From an uncultured Campylobacterales bacterium (GTDB taxonomy: Bacteria > Campylobacterota > Campylobacteria > Campylobacterales > CAZXTK01): DNA of 35,086 nucleotides. The notes beneath the pieces are model-generated. The model made no database searches and was not told the origin of the DNA. It was given only the letters and a program-made list of their open reading frames with translations. Location: the NCBI GenBank assembly GCA_964643665.1, contig CAZXTK010000004.1:1-35086 (forward strand). Reading direction: 5' to 3'. Below, in pieces: positions 25,951 through 35,086 of this stretch; positions within the stretch are counted from its first letter, which is position 1, and every line of letters begins with the position of its first letter. The position numbers and the translations under genes were made by a program.

Positions 25951-27309
25951 ATGAGAACTCTCAAACAAATTAAAACATTTAAAACAATATTATTCATAGG
26001 AGCATTTATAATGTGTAGTAGTTTAAATTTGGAAGCTAAAACAAAAAATAGCTTTATTCCAAAATATTATAAAAAAACTCTAAAAAATGGCTTGCAAATT
26101 GTAGCCGTTCCTTATGGGGACAAAACAAAAGTCGTTAGTGTAAATATATTTTATAAAGTTGGCTCAAAAGATGAATTTATGGGCAAAAGTGGCATAGCTC
26201 ATATGTTAGAGCATCTTAATTTTAAATCAACCAAAAACCTAAAAGCAGGGGAGTTTGACAAGATCGTAAATAGTTTTGGTGGTTCAAACAATGCAGCTAC
26301 TGGTTTTGATTATACGAATTATTACATCAAATGCGCTAATAAAAATTTAGATAAATCTTTGTATTTATTTAGTGAGCTTATGGCTAATTTAAAGCTAAAA
26401 GATTCGGAATTCCAAACAGAGAGAAAAGTTGTATTACAAGAGCAAAAAATGAGAGTAGAAAACGACCCTCATGGGTTTTTGTATTTTAAAATGTTTAGTA
26501 ATTTATATGAATACAGCTCTTATCACTGGATGCCAATTGGTTTTAGCGAAGATATAAAGCACTGGAATATCAAAGACATAAGAGAGTTTCACGATAGATA
26601 CTATTCTCCAAACAATGCCATTTTGGTGGTAGCTGGCGATATTTCAAAAGATGAAGTTTTTAAATTAGCTAAAAAGCATTTTAAAAATATAAAAAACAAA
26701 TACCCTAAACCACCAAAAAGAAACCATATGATAGAGCCAATAATAAAGAGCGAAAAAAATGCCATATATTACAAGAATGTAAGAGTTGAATCTTTCATTG
26801 TGGCATATAGAGTGCCAAAAACAAATGCAAAAACACAAGCGGCTCTTGATATGATTGGAGAGATTTTATCATCTGGAAAAAGCTCTAAATTATATAAGCC
26901 TCTAATGCAAGATAAACAGCTTTCTACATCTTTTTATGCTTATAATATGGAATTAGAGCAAGAGAGCGTATTTTTATTTTTTGCAAAGGCAAATATTAAT
27001 GTAGATGCTAATATTATAAAAGATGAGTTTTTTAAAGCCATCAAAGCCATCAAAACAACACTCGTCAAACAAGAAACAATAGATAAAATAAGAAAAAACA
27101 ATAAAAAAGATTTTGTATTATCACTACAATCTGCTTCTAGCCTTAGCGATACTTTTGGCTCATACTTGATAAAAAACAATATAAATTCATTATATAATTA
27201 TGAAAAAAACATCAATTCAATCACACCAAAATTTATTCAAAAAGTGGCAAATGAATATTTAAAATATCCAACCACTATTATATTAAAAAATGAAAAACCA
27301 AAACAATAA
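25951..27309 (+). CDS. M16 (pitrilysin/PqqE-like) zinc peptidase, probably exported
   Basis: GIAHMLEH inverted zinc motif (HxxEH), NAATGFDYTNY, YYSPNNA.LVVAGD; hydrophobic N-terminus. Confidence 0.92.
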   Translation: MRTLKQIKTFKTILFIGAFIMCSSLNLEAKTKNSFIPKYYKKTLKNGLQIVAVPYGDKTKVVSVNIFYKVGSKDEFMGKSGIAHMLEHLNFKSTKNLKAGEFDKIVNSFGGSNNAATGFDYTNYYIKCANKNLDKSLYLFSELMANLKLKDSEFQTERKVVLQEQKMRVENDPHGFLYFKMFSNLYEYSSYHWMPIGFSEDIKHWNIKDIREFHDRYYSPNNAILVVAGDISKDEVFKLAKKHFKNIKNKYPKPPKRNHMIEPIIKSEKNAIYYKNVRVESFIVAYRVPKTNAKTQAALDMIGEILSSGKSSKLYKPLMQDKQLSTSFYAYNMELEQESVFLFFAKANINVDANIIKDEFFKAIKAIKTTLVKQETIDKIRKNNKKDFVLSLQSASSLSDTFGSYLIKNNINSLYNYEKNINSITPKFIQKVANEYLKYPTTIILKNEKPKQ

Positions 27310-27379
27310 AGATAATTAATATTGTTTTTTGCAAAATTGTTATATAATAGAGGCAGTAATCAAAGGATAGTGTAAAAAA

Positions 27380-28279
27380 ATGAACAACAAAACCAACAAA
27401 CCAATTGGAGCTATGACTGCTTTAATTACTCCTTTTAAAGATGGTAAAGTAGATTTTAAAGCTTATGAGAGGCTTATAAACAGACAAATTGAGTGCAATA
27501 TTAACTGCGTAATTCCAGCGGGCACAACCGGAGAGAGTCCAACACTTAGCACAAGCGAACATAAGCAGTGCATAGAAGTTGCAATTAATGTTTGTAAAAA
27601 TACTAATACCATGGTTTTAGCAGGTGCAGGCTCTAATTGCACAAATGAAGCCATAGAAATTGCCAAATTCGCACAAAAAGCAGGTGCTAATGGTGTTCTT
27701 AGTGTTTGTCCTTATTACAACAAGCCAAACCAAAGAGGGCTTTATGAGCATTTTAAATCTATTGCAAATAGTATAGATATTCCTCTTATGGCTTATAATG
27801 TGCCTTCACGAACATCTAGCGATCTTCAAGCAGATACATTGGTTTCACTATATAACGATATAGACAATATTTATGCCATAAAAGAAGCAAGTGGTTGTGT
27901 TGAGCGATGTGTTGAAATATCTTCTAAATGCAAAGATATAGTCATAATAAGTGGTAATGATGCCTTAGATTATCCACTAATGGCAAGCGGAGCTAGTGGA
28001 TTTATATCTGTAACCTCTAATTTATTACCAGATGTTAAGGTTAGATTGTATAATTTAGTAATGGATGGCAATTTCAAAGAAGCAAGAGCATTAAATGAAG
28101 AGCTATACGAGCTAAATTGCTTACTTTTTAAGGAACCAAACCCTACAATGGTAAAAAAGGCAATGCAACTTGCAGGGGTTATGGAGACTTGCGATGTTAG
28201 GCTTCCTTTAGTTGAAGTGAGCAAAGAATCAGAAGGGGAACTTAAAAAAATATTAACAAAATTGGAGATAGCAAAATGA
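27380..28279 (+). CDS. dapA: 4-hydroxy-tetrahydrodipicolinate synthase
   Basis: TALITPF, GTTGES, PYYNKP, YNVPSRT and IKEASG. Confidence 0.97.
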   Translation: MNNKTNKPIGAMTALITPFKDGKVDFKAYERLINRQIECNINCVIPAGTTGESPTLSTSEHKQCIEVAINVCKNTNTMVLAGAGSNCTNEAIEIAKFAQKAGANGVLSVCPYYNKPNQRGLYEHFKSIANSIDIPLMAYNVPSRTSSDLQADTLVSLYNDIDNIYAIKEASGCVERCVEISSKCKDIVIISGNDALDYPLMASGASGFISVTSNLLPDVKVRLYNLVMDGNFKEARALNEELYELNCLLFKEPNPTMVKKAMQLAGVMETCDVRLPLVEVSKESEGELKKILTKLEIAK

Positions 28280-29046
28280 GTCAATCAAAAACATTAGTAA
28301 TTAGCGGTGCAACAAGAGGAATAGGGCGAGAGATTGCTCTAAGATTTGCAAAAGAGGGCATAAATGTAGCTTTTACATACAATACCAACGAAGAGATTGC
28401 AAATGAGTTTATAAAAGAGTTAGAAAATAATTATAAGATTAAAGCACGAGCCTATAAGCTAAACATATTAGAGCCAAATGAATACAAAGAAGTATTTGCA
28501 AAAATAGATGAAGATTTTGATAGAGTTGATTATTTTGTATCTAATGCTATCATATCGGGCAGAAGCGTTGTCGGAGGTTTTTCTACTTTTATGCGATTAA
28601 AGCCAAAAGGACTTAACAATATCTACACTGCTACGGTTTTAGCCTTTGTTGTAGGCGCACAAGAAGCAGCAAAAAGAATGCAAAAAAATGGCGGTGGTGC
28701 AATAGTATCTCTAAGCTCTACGGGTAATTTAGTTTTTACTCCAATGTATACAGGGCACGCAAACTCAAAAAATGCAGTTGAGACAGTTGTTAAATATGCA
28801 GCAGCCGAATTAGGTGAGATGGGAATTAGAGTGAATGCTGTTAGTGGTGGCCCAATAGATACTGACGCTCTTAAAAAGTTTCCAAATTACGAAGAAGTAA
28901 AAGCAGAAGTATGCGCAAGAAGCCCACTTAGCAGAATGGGAGAAGCCAAAGATTTAGCAGGAATGGTTTATTTTGTGTGCTCAGATGAGTGTTCTTGGCT
29001 AACTGGTCAAACTATCATAATAGATGGTGGAACTTCTTTTCAATAA
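28276..29046 (+). CDS. SDR oxidoreductase (FabL-like enoyl-ACP reductase / HdhA-like, Cj0807 family)
   Basis: ISGATRGIG, YTGHANSK, IRVNAVSGGPIDTDAL and TGQTIIIDGG; conserved position after dapA. Confidence 0.88.
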   Translation: MSQSKTLVISGATRGIGREIALRFAKEGINVAFTYNTNEEIANEFIKELENNYKIKARAYKLNILEPNEYKEVFAKIDEDFDRVDYFVSNAIISGRSVVGGFSTFMRLKPKGLNNIYTATVLAFVVGAQEAAKRMQKNGGGAIVSLSSTGNLVFTPMYTGHANSKNAVETVVKYAAAELGEMGIRVNAVSGGPIDTDALKKFPNYEEVKAEVCARSPLSRMGEAKDLAGMVYFVCSDECSWLTGQTIIIDGGTSFQ

Positions 29047-29068
29047 ACAAGCGTTACCCAATTAATAT

Positions 29069-29605
29069 ATGCTCAAACACATACCAAATACAATAACCAT
29101 TTTTAGGATACTGCTTGTTCCTTTGATGGTGCTATTTTTGTGTTATAGAGACTTACCGATATTTGAGAACATTCATCCAAGCTGGTTGGATTATTTTGCT
29201 GCTTTTGTGTTTGTTGTTGCTTCTATTAGTGATTTTTTTGACGGATATATTGCAAGATTATTTAAAATAGAGAGCAAATTAGGCGAGATATTAGATCCAT
29301 TTAGTGATAAAATTCTAACAATGGGTGCTTTTATATCCTTGCTTTATGTGGGTAGGGCAGATGTTTTTTGTGTATTTTTAATTTTGGGGCGAGAGTTTTT
29401 TGTAACTACTCTTAGAATTGTAGCAATATCACAAAATAAAGAAATAAAATCAGACTTTTTTGGCAAGGTTAAGACCGTTGTTCAAATGTTTGCTATTGGT
29501 TTTTTAATAATGGATTGGCAAGGTGGAGATGTTTTACTCTATATTGCAGTCGGTGTTACTTTGCTATCTGCTATATCTTATGCGATAAATTACATAAAAA
29601 GCTAA
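29069..29605 (+). CDS. pgsA: CDP-diacylglycerol--glycerol-3-phosphate 3-phosphatidyltransferase
   Basis: PNTITIFR, DFFDGYIAR...GEILDPFSDK (CDP-alcohol phosphotransferase motif) and GKVKT. Confidence 0.95.
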   Translation: MLKHIPNTITIFRILLVPLMVLFLCYRDLPIFENIHPSWLDYFAAFVFVVASISDFFDGYIARLFKIESKLGEILDPFSDKILTMGAFISLLYVGRADVFCVFLILGREFFVTTLRIVAISQNKEIKSDFFGKVKTVVQMFAIGFLIMDWQGGDVLLYIAVGVTLLSAISYAINYIKS

Positions 29606-29631
29606 TATATCAAAGCGCATTAGAGGAAAAT

Positions 29632-30693
29632 ATGAGTAGTGTTTTAATTTTTTTATTTGCATTTTCTTTGCTTGTTTTCATGCACGAATTAGGGCATTTT
29701 TTAGTAGCAAGATATTTTGGTGTAAAGGTAGAAGTGTTTTCCATCGGATTTGGCGCAAAAATATACAAAAAGCAAATAGGCGACACTCTTTGGAGCATCG
29801 GTATTATCCCTCTTGGTGGATATGTAAAAATGAAAGGTCAATCAGACACAGCCACACATATATCCACGAACAAAGATATAGACTCTTATGTCTGTAAAAC
29901 TCCACTACAAAGAATAGCCATTTTGCTTGCTGGCCCATTGGCTAATTTCGTATTGGCTGTTTTTTTATATTTTATTGCCTCTCTTTTGGGGATAAATGTT
30001 CTATCACCAGTCATAGGGAAAGTCAAAAAAGACTCCCCTGCCTTTAATGCCAAATTGCAAAAAGGGGATGAGATTGTTAAAATAAATGATAAAAGTATAG
30101 TCATATGGCAAGATATCAGCAAACATATTCAAAAAAGCGATATCAACCAAAACATAAAGTTTTTAATCAAAAGAAACAACACTCTAAAAACAATATTTAT
30201 AAAACCTAAAATACTGCAAACCAAAAATATTTTTGGCGAAGTAGTGCATAAAAAAATGATAGGAATAGGTGCTAATGGCGATAGTAAAGTGGTTTATTAT
30301 TCTTTTTTTGAGGCAATTATTTATGGTGTTTCTCAAACTTATGAATCAAGCAAGCTTATATTTTTGAGCGTGCAAAAACTACTCACAGGCGTAGTATCCA
30401 CCAATGAAGTAGGCGGGGTTATTACAATTGGCAAGCTAATTGGAGAGGCTAATACTTTTGTAACATTTTTAGTTATAACTGCTTTAATATCTGTAAATTT
30501 GGGCGTTCTTAATCTGTTGCCAATACCCGCACTTGATGGTGGGCATATTATGTTCAATCTTTATGAGCTTATATTTAAAAAAGCACCAAATGATGTAGTT
30601 TTTATGTACCTTACAATAATGGGCTGGGTAATATTGGCCTCACTTATGTTTCTTGGGCTTTATAATGATATAAATAGGTGGTTTATCAACTAA
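29632..30693 (+). CDS. rseP: RIP metalloprotease RseP
   Basis: HELGH, FSIGFG, PLGGYV, AGPLAN, a PDZ segment and NLLPIPALDGG. Start moved to ATG 29632 after GAGG. Confidence 0.95.
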   Translation: MSSVLIFLFAFSLLVFMHELGHFLVARYFGVKVEVFSIGFGAKIYKKQIGDTLWSIGIIPLGGYVKMKGQSDTATHISTNKDIDSYVCKTPLQRIAILLAGPLANFVLAVFLYFIASLLGINVLSPVIGKVKKDSPAFNAKLQKGDEIVKINDKSIVIWQDISKHIQKSDINQNIKFLIKRNNTLKTIFIKPKILQTKNIFGEVVHKKMIGIGANGDSKVVYYSFFEAIIYGVSQTYESSKLIFLSVQKLLTGVVSTNEVGGVITIGKLIGEANTFVTFLVITALISVNLGVLNLLPIPALDGGHIMFNLYELIFKKAPNDVVFMYLTIMGWVILASLMFLGLYNDINRWFIN

Positions 30694-31400
30694 TGAGCCA
30701 AGATGAGCTAAACATAGAGCAAGCCAAAGCCAATTTGCAAGAAGTAGTAGAAAACATAGAGTCATCAAGATGCGCTTTTGATGAACATCATATTGTCCAA
30801 ACCATAGCTATTAGCAAATACAACACCGCTGATGAGATAAAAGCACTTTATCAAGCAGGGCAAAGAGCTTTTGGTGAGAGCAAGGTTCAAGATTTGCAAA
30901 AAAAGCAAAAGCTTTTAGATAATCTACCAATTGCATGGCATTTTATAGGTAGATTACAAAGCAACAAGATAAATGCACTATTAAAATGCAAGGTAGTATT
31001 GTTTCACTCTCTTAATAGTTATGAATTAGCATTAAAATTAGATAAAAAACTAAAAGAGCAAAAAACACTAAATACACTAAACGCACTAATGCAAGTAAAT
31101 ATATCTAATTCAGATACCCAAGGTGGTATTTACCCAAAAGAGCTTATGAATGTAGTAGATAATATTTACAAAAACTGCACAAGCATAAAACTAAAGGGTC
31201 TTATGTGTATAGGCAAAAACACAAAAAATAAAGATGAGATAAATAAATGTTTTGCACAAATGTATGAGCTACACAAACAAGTAAAAGGCAAATATCCACA
31301 AATGACAATACTATCAAGCGGTATGAGCTATGATTACACTTATGCTATTAAAAATGGCTCAAATATGATAAGAATAGGTAGTGTTTTATTTAAAAAATAG
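30693..31400 (+). CDS. yggS: YggS-family PLP homeostasis protein
   Basis: AISK, FGESKVQ, WHFIGRLQSNK, GLM and SSGMSYDY..AI..GS.MIRIG; start coupled to the rseP stop (TAATG). Confidence 0.93.
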   Translation: MSQDELNIEQAKANLQEVVENIESSRCAFDEHHIVQTIAISKYNTADEIKALYQAGQRAFGESKVQDLQKKQKLLDNLPIAWHFIGRLQSNKINALLKCKVVLFHSLNSYELALKLDKKLKEQKTLNTLNALMQVNISNSDTQGGIYPKELMNVVDNIYKNCTSIKLKGLMCIGKNTKNKDEINKCFAQMYELHKQVKGKYPQMTILSSGMSYDYTYAIKNGSNMIRIGSVLFKK

Positions 31401-31426
31401 CATAATTAAATATAAGAATAATAATT

Positions 31427-31446
31427 AAGTTTAATTAAGATAAAAT
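31427..31446 (+). promoter_or_regulatory. Putative promoter of nifS-nifU-rmuC
   Basis: AAG-N11-TAAAAT (31441-31446) upstream of the AAGGA RBS. Confidence 0.4.
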
Positions 31447-31473
31447 TTATCCTAATTAAAAAAAAGGAAGTTT

Positions 31474-32646
31474 ATGGAAGTTTATTTAGACAATAATGCC
31501 ACCACAAAAGTAGATGAAAAAGTAACAAAGGCAATGGAGCCATTTTTCTCAAAAATATACGGAAATCCTAATTCATTGCATAAGTTTGGCTCACAAACCC
31601 ATAGCGCAATAAACAAAGCAATAAATCAAATATATGCAGGAATAAATGCGAATGATAGCGACGATATTATTGTAACTGCAAATGCAACAGAAGCAAATAA
31701 TAGTGTATTAAAGAGTGTATGGATAAATGATATATTAAATGGCGATAAAACAAATATTGTAATAAGCGAAGTTGAGCATCCATCAATTAGTGTGCCTGCT
31801 TCGTTTCTAAAAGCACAGGGTGTGGATATAAAATATGCCAAAGTAGATGAAAACGGCGAGTTAGATTATGATGAGCTTGTAAAATTGATAGATGACAATA
31901 CTGCTTTAGTTAGCATTATGTGGGCAAATAATGAAACAGGCAAAATATTCCCTGTTGCCAAAATTGGCGATTATTGCAAAAGTAAAAATATACTCTTTCA
32001 TACTGATGCAACACAAGCTATTGGTAAAGTCGTAGTAGATGTTAGCACTTTTCATTGTGATTTTTTATCTTTTAGTGCGCATAAATTTCATGGTCCAAAA
32101 GGTGTTGGTGGGCTTTATATTAAAAAAGGTGTCAAATTTACCCCACTTTTGCACGGCGGAGAGCAAATGAACTCGCTTAGATCTGGCACAATAGATGTGG
32201 CTTCTATTGTCGGTATGGGCGAGGCTATGGAGCTTGGCACAAGCACAAATGCCATAAGATACGAAAACACAGTAGTAAAAGAGCTAAGAGACAAGCTAGA
32301 AAATGCACTTTTAGATATTGATGACACTATACTAATAGGCGGCAAACAAAACAGAACCCCAAACACAAGCCTGATAAGTTTCAAAGGTGTTGAAGGCGAG
32401 GGTATGATTTGGGATCTAAACAAGCAAGGCGTTGCAGCTAGCACTGGCTCTGCTTGTGCATCTGAGAGCTTAGAGGCTAATCCTGTTATGAATGCATTTG
32501 GCGATGATAGCGAACTAGCTCATACGGGAATTAGGTTTTCTTTAAGTAGATTTAACGATGAAGCGCAAATCAACTATGCTATCAAAGTTGTAAAAGACGC
32601 CGTAGCAAGACTAAGAGAAATATCAAGCTCTTATGCCAAAAATTAA
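31474..32646 (+). CDS. nifS: Cysteine desulfurase, NIF-type housekeeping Fe-S system
   Basis: YLDNNATT, GNPNS, HTDATQ, SAHKFHGPKG (PLP lysine) and STGSACAS (catalytic cysteine). Confidence 0.95.
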   Translation: MEVYLDNNATTKVDEKVTKAMEPFFSKIYGNPNSLHKFGSQTHSAINKAINQIYAGINANDSDDIIVTANATEANNSVLKSVWINDILNGDKTNIVISEVEHPSISVPASFLKAQGVDIKYAKVDENGELDYDELVKLIDDNTALVSIMWANNETGKIFPVAKIGDYCKSKNILFHTDATQAIGKVVVDVSTFHCDFLSFSAHKFHGPKGVGGLYIKKGVKFTPLLHGGEQMNSLRSGTIDVASIVGMGEAMELGTSTNAIRYENTVVKELRDKLENALLDIDDTILIGGKQNRTPNTSLISFKGVEGEGMIWDLNKQGVAASTGSACASESLEANPVMNAFGDDSELAHTGIRFSLSRFNDEAQINYAIKVVKDAVARLREISSSYAKN

Positions 32647-32663
32647 CAAACAAGGGAGTTACA

Positions 32664-33644
32664 ATGGCTAAAAATGATTTAATGACAAAATCGATGTGGG
32701 ATGAGTATTCTAATAAAGTAGTAGATAGAATGAATAACCCAAAAAACAAAGGCGAGATAACACAGCAAGAAGCTAAAAAAATGAATGCTAAATTGGTAGT
32801 GGCTGATTTTGGAGCTGAGAGTTGTGGTGATGCTGTTAGGCTTTATTGGGCAGTAGAAAAGGACACTCACAAGATTGTAAAAGCAACTTTCAAATCTTTT
32901 GGGTGTGGCACTGCTATTGCTTCAAGTGATGTTATGGCGGAGCTTTGCATTGGCAAAACAGTAGATGAAGCGGTAAAAATTACAAATATAGATGTAGAAA
33001 AAGCTCTAAGAGATGATGAAAATACTCCAGCTGTGCCACCACAAAAAATGCATTGTTCTGTTATGGCTTATGATGTTATTAAAAAAGCAGCTTCAATATA
33101 CAAAAATGTAGATATTGAGAGCTTTGAAGAAGAGATAATAGTTTGTGAATGTGCAAGAGTTAGCCTATCTACTCTAAAAGAAGTAATAAAATTAAATAAT
33201 TTAGAAACAATAGAGCAAATAACTGATTACACAAAAGCAGGGGGGTTTTGTAAATCTTGCATAAAACCGGGCGGACATGAAGAGCGAGAGTATTATTTGG
33301 TAGATATTTTAAAAGAAGTAAGAGAAGAAATGAAGCAGGAAGTTCTAAAAAAAAGTGCTGATTTAAGCGAGAGTGGCAATATATCATTTGGCGAGATGAC
33401 ATTAGTGCAAAAAATAAAAGCAGTAGATAAATGTTTAGATGAGCATATACGAGAAATGCTTATTGCGGATGGTGGAAATATTGAGATTATAGATATAAAA
33501 GAGCAGTTGCCTTATTATGATGTGTATGTTCGTTATTTGGGTGCTTGTAGTGGGTGTGCATCATCTGCGAGTGGCACATTGTATGCCATAGAGGCTGCAC
33601 TACAAAACAAGGTAGATGAAAACATAAGAGTATTGCCTGTTTAA
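32664..33644 (+). CDS. nifU: Three-domain Fe-S scaffold NifU
   Basis: IscU-like domain (SCGD, FGCG, KMHCS), central CEC...GGFCKSC ferredoxin-like domain, C-terminal GACSGC. Confidence 0.96.
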   Translation: MAKNDLMTKSMWDEYSNKVVDRMNNPKNKGEITQQEAKKMNAKLVVADFGAESCGDAVRLYWAVEKDTHKIVKATFKSFGCGTAIASSDVMAELCIGKTVDEAVKITNIDVEKALRDDENTPAVPPQKMHCSVMAYDVIKKAASIYKNVDIESFEEEIIVCECARVSLSTLKEVIKLNNLETIEQITDYTKAGGFCKSCIKPGGHEEREYYLVDILKEVREEMKQEVLKKSADLSESGNISFGEMTLVQKIKAVDKCLDEHIREMLIADGGNIEIIDIKEQLPYYDVYVRYLGACSGCASSASGTLYAIEAALQNKVDENIRVLPV

Positions 33645-33645
33645 A

Positions 33646-34959
33646 ATGAGTGATATTTTATTATTGATAAACAACATTGATGCAATTACTTTTATCTTAG
33701 TTTTTGTTTGTGGTTTGTTGCTTTATTTATATATTTTATACAAAACCAAAAATGCAAAAATAATACAAGAAAATATAAATCTAAAATACAATTTAGCAAA
33801 TTCTAAAAACGACAATGTGGCTTTAAAACAAGAGCTTTTAGGACTTCAAAATGAGCAAAAAGAATATATAAGGCTAAACTCTGAGCTAAAAGTCAAACTT
33901 CAAGAGCAAAATCTATCTTTAAATCAGCAAATAAAATTATTAGAGCAAAGTGAGAAAAGATTAAAAGTGGAGTTTGAAAATTTGGCAAATAGAATTTTTG
34001 AAACAAATTCAAAAAATCTAAAAACTCAAAATATAGAGAGTATGAGCCATATTTTAAGCCCTATAAAAGAGCAGATGAATAGTTTTAGAAAAAAAATAGA
34101 AGATGTGTATGACAAAGAATCAAAAGACAGAAGTGCTCTTGCAAATGAGCTAAAAAACCTAAAAGAGCTAAATATAAAAATAAGCACAGATGCTAACAAT
34201 CTAACAAATGCGCTAAAAGGCGATAACAAAATACAAGGCAATTGGGGCGAGATGGTGCTTGATAGGGTGTTAGAGAGCTCGGGGCTAACAAAAGATAGAG
34301 AATACAAAAAGCAAGTTGTGCTAAAAGACAATAAAGGAGGCAGATATATGCCAGATGTTATTGTGTATTTGCCAGACAATAGACAAATAATTATAGATGC
34401 CAAGACATCTCTTAGTGCTTATAATGAATATATCTCTTGCAAGGATGCGGATTTAAAACAAGAGTTACTAAAAAAACATATAAAATCTATAAAAAACCAC
34501 ATAGATGAGTTATCTAATAAAGAATATAATAAATTAGAAGGCATAAATAGTTTAGATTTTGTGTTTATGTTTGTATCTATTGAGGGGGCATTATTGTTAG
34601 CATTAGATAATGATAGTAGCTTATATGATTATGCTTTTAAAAACAAAATAATACTTGTTAGCCCTACAACTTTGCTTGTTAGCCTAAGAGCAGTTGAGAA
34701 TACTTGGCGATACGAAAACCAAGCCCAAGATATAAAAAAAGTTTATAAAAGGGCAGATGAGCTATATAAAAAGTTTGTGGGTTTTGTAGACGATCTAAGC
34801 AAGGTTGGGGTAGGTTTAGATAATGCACAAAAAACTTATGACGCGGCATTTAAGAAGCTAAAATCAGGCAATGGAAACCTTGTATGGCAAAGTGAGCAAT
34901 TAAAAAAGGACTCTCATATAAAACCAAAAAAAGACTTGCCTTCTAATTTGATAGGATAA
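33646..34959 (+). CDS. rmuC: DNA recombination protein RmuC
   Basis: N-terminal TM plus coiled coil; QGNWGEMVL, PDVIV.LP, IIIDAK, DFVFMF and SPTTL. Confidence 0.95.
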   Translation: MSDILLLINNIDAITFILVFVCGLLLYLYILYKTKNAKIIQENINLKYNLANSKNDNVALKQELLGLQNEQKEYIRLNSELKVKLQEQNLSLNQQIKLLEQSEKRLKVEFENLANRIFETNSKNLKTQNIESMSHILSPIKEQMNSFRKKIEDVYDKESKDRSALANELKNLKELNIKISTDANNLTNALKGDNKIQGNWGEMVLDRVLESSGLTKDREYKKQVVLKDNKGGRYMPDVIVYLPDNRQIIIDAKTSLSAYNEYISCKDADLKQELLKKHIKSIKNHIDELSNKEYNKLEGINSLDFVFMFVSIEGALLLALDNDSSLYDYAFKNKIILVSPTTLLVSLRAVENTWRYENQAQDIKKVYKRADELYKKFVGFVDDLSKVGVGLDNAQKTYDAAFKKLKSGNGNLVWQSEQLKKDSHIKPKKDLPSNLIG

Positions 34960-35045
34960 GACTTAATTTATTTTTCTCACACTTTTTGTCTTCGTTCGCT
35001 TTGCTCACTTAGAAAGAAGTATATTTTCATTTTTATTTTCTTTAC

Positions 35046-35063
35046 CTTCTTTTTGGAAAGAAG
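35046..35063. repeat. Perfect 7-bp inverted repeat near the window end
   Basis: CTTCTTT-TTGG-AAAGAAG. Confidence 0.4.
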
Positions 35064-35086
35064 CAAAACATTTTACACGGCTTAAT

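Noticed and set aside
31474-33644. nifS-nifU as evidence of nitrogen fixation
   Set aside because: This pair is the standard housekeeping Fe-S assembly system of Campylobacterota; no nifHDK is present in the window.

Overview
AT-rich chromosomal window from a Campylobacterota (Epsilonproteobacteria) genome. The assignment is my inference from protein families and conserved gene order: holA-rpsF-ssb-rpsR, ilvC-dprA, msbA-pyrD-M16 peptidase-dapA-SDR-pgsA-rseP, and epsilon-type nifS-nifU. Nearly all genes are housekeeping genes on the + strand. The exception is a 6.6 kb minus-strand block (15310-21891) between panD and galU encoding Calvin-Benson-Bassham (CBB) cycle enzymes: cbbF (FBPase), cbbP (phosphoribulokinase), cbbT (transketolase), cbbA (class II aldolase), cbbY and cbbZ/gph. 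Campylobacterota autotrophs normally use the reverse TCA cycle. The precedent I recall is 'Ca. Thiobarba', the gill epibiont of Bathymodiolus mussels, so this may be that organism or a relative. No RuBisCO, cbbR or mobility gene lies in the window. The PRK keeps every catalytic residue I can check but lacks all five arginines of the NADH/AMP allosteric site known from Rhodobacter sphaeroides PRK. The cluster looks mosaic (alphaproteobacteria-like cbbFPT, betaproteobacteria-like cbbAYZ), and cbbYZ has its own consensus promoter. Smaller items: a DUF4160 pseudogene remnant, a duplicated translation-start region, a probable S6:S18 leader RNA, an ArsP/thioredoxin pair, a DUF167 plus orphan islet, and a hisC-dxs junction without fliFGH. 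All family comparisons are from memory; no searches were run.
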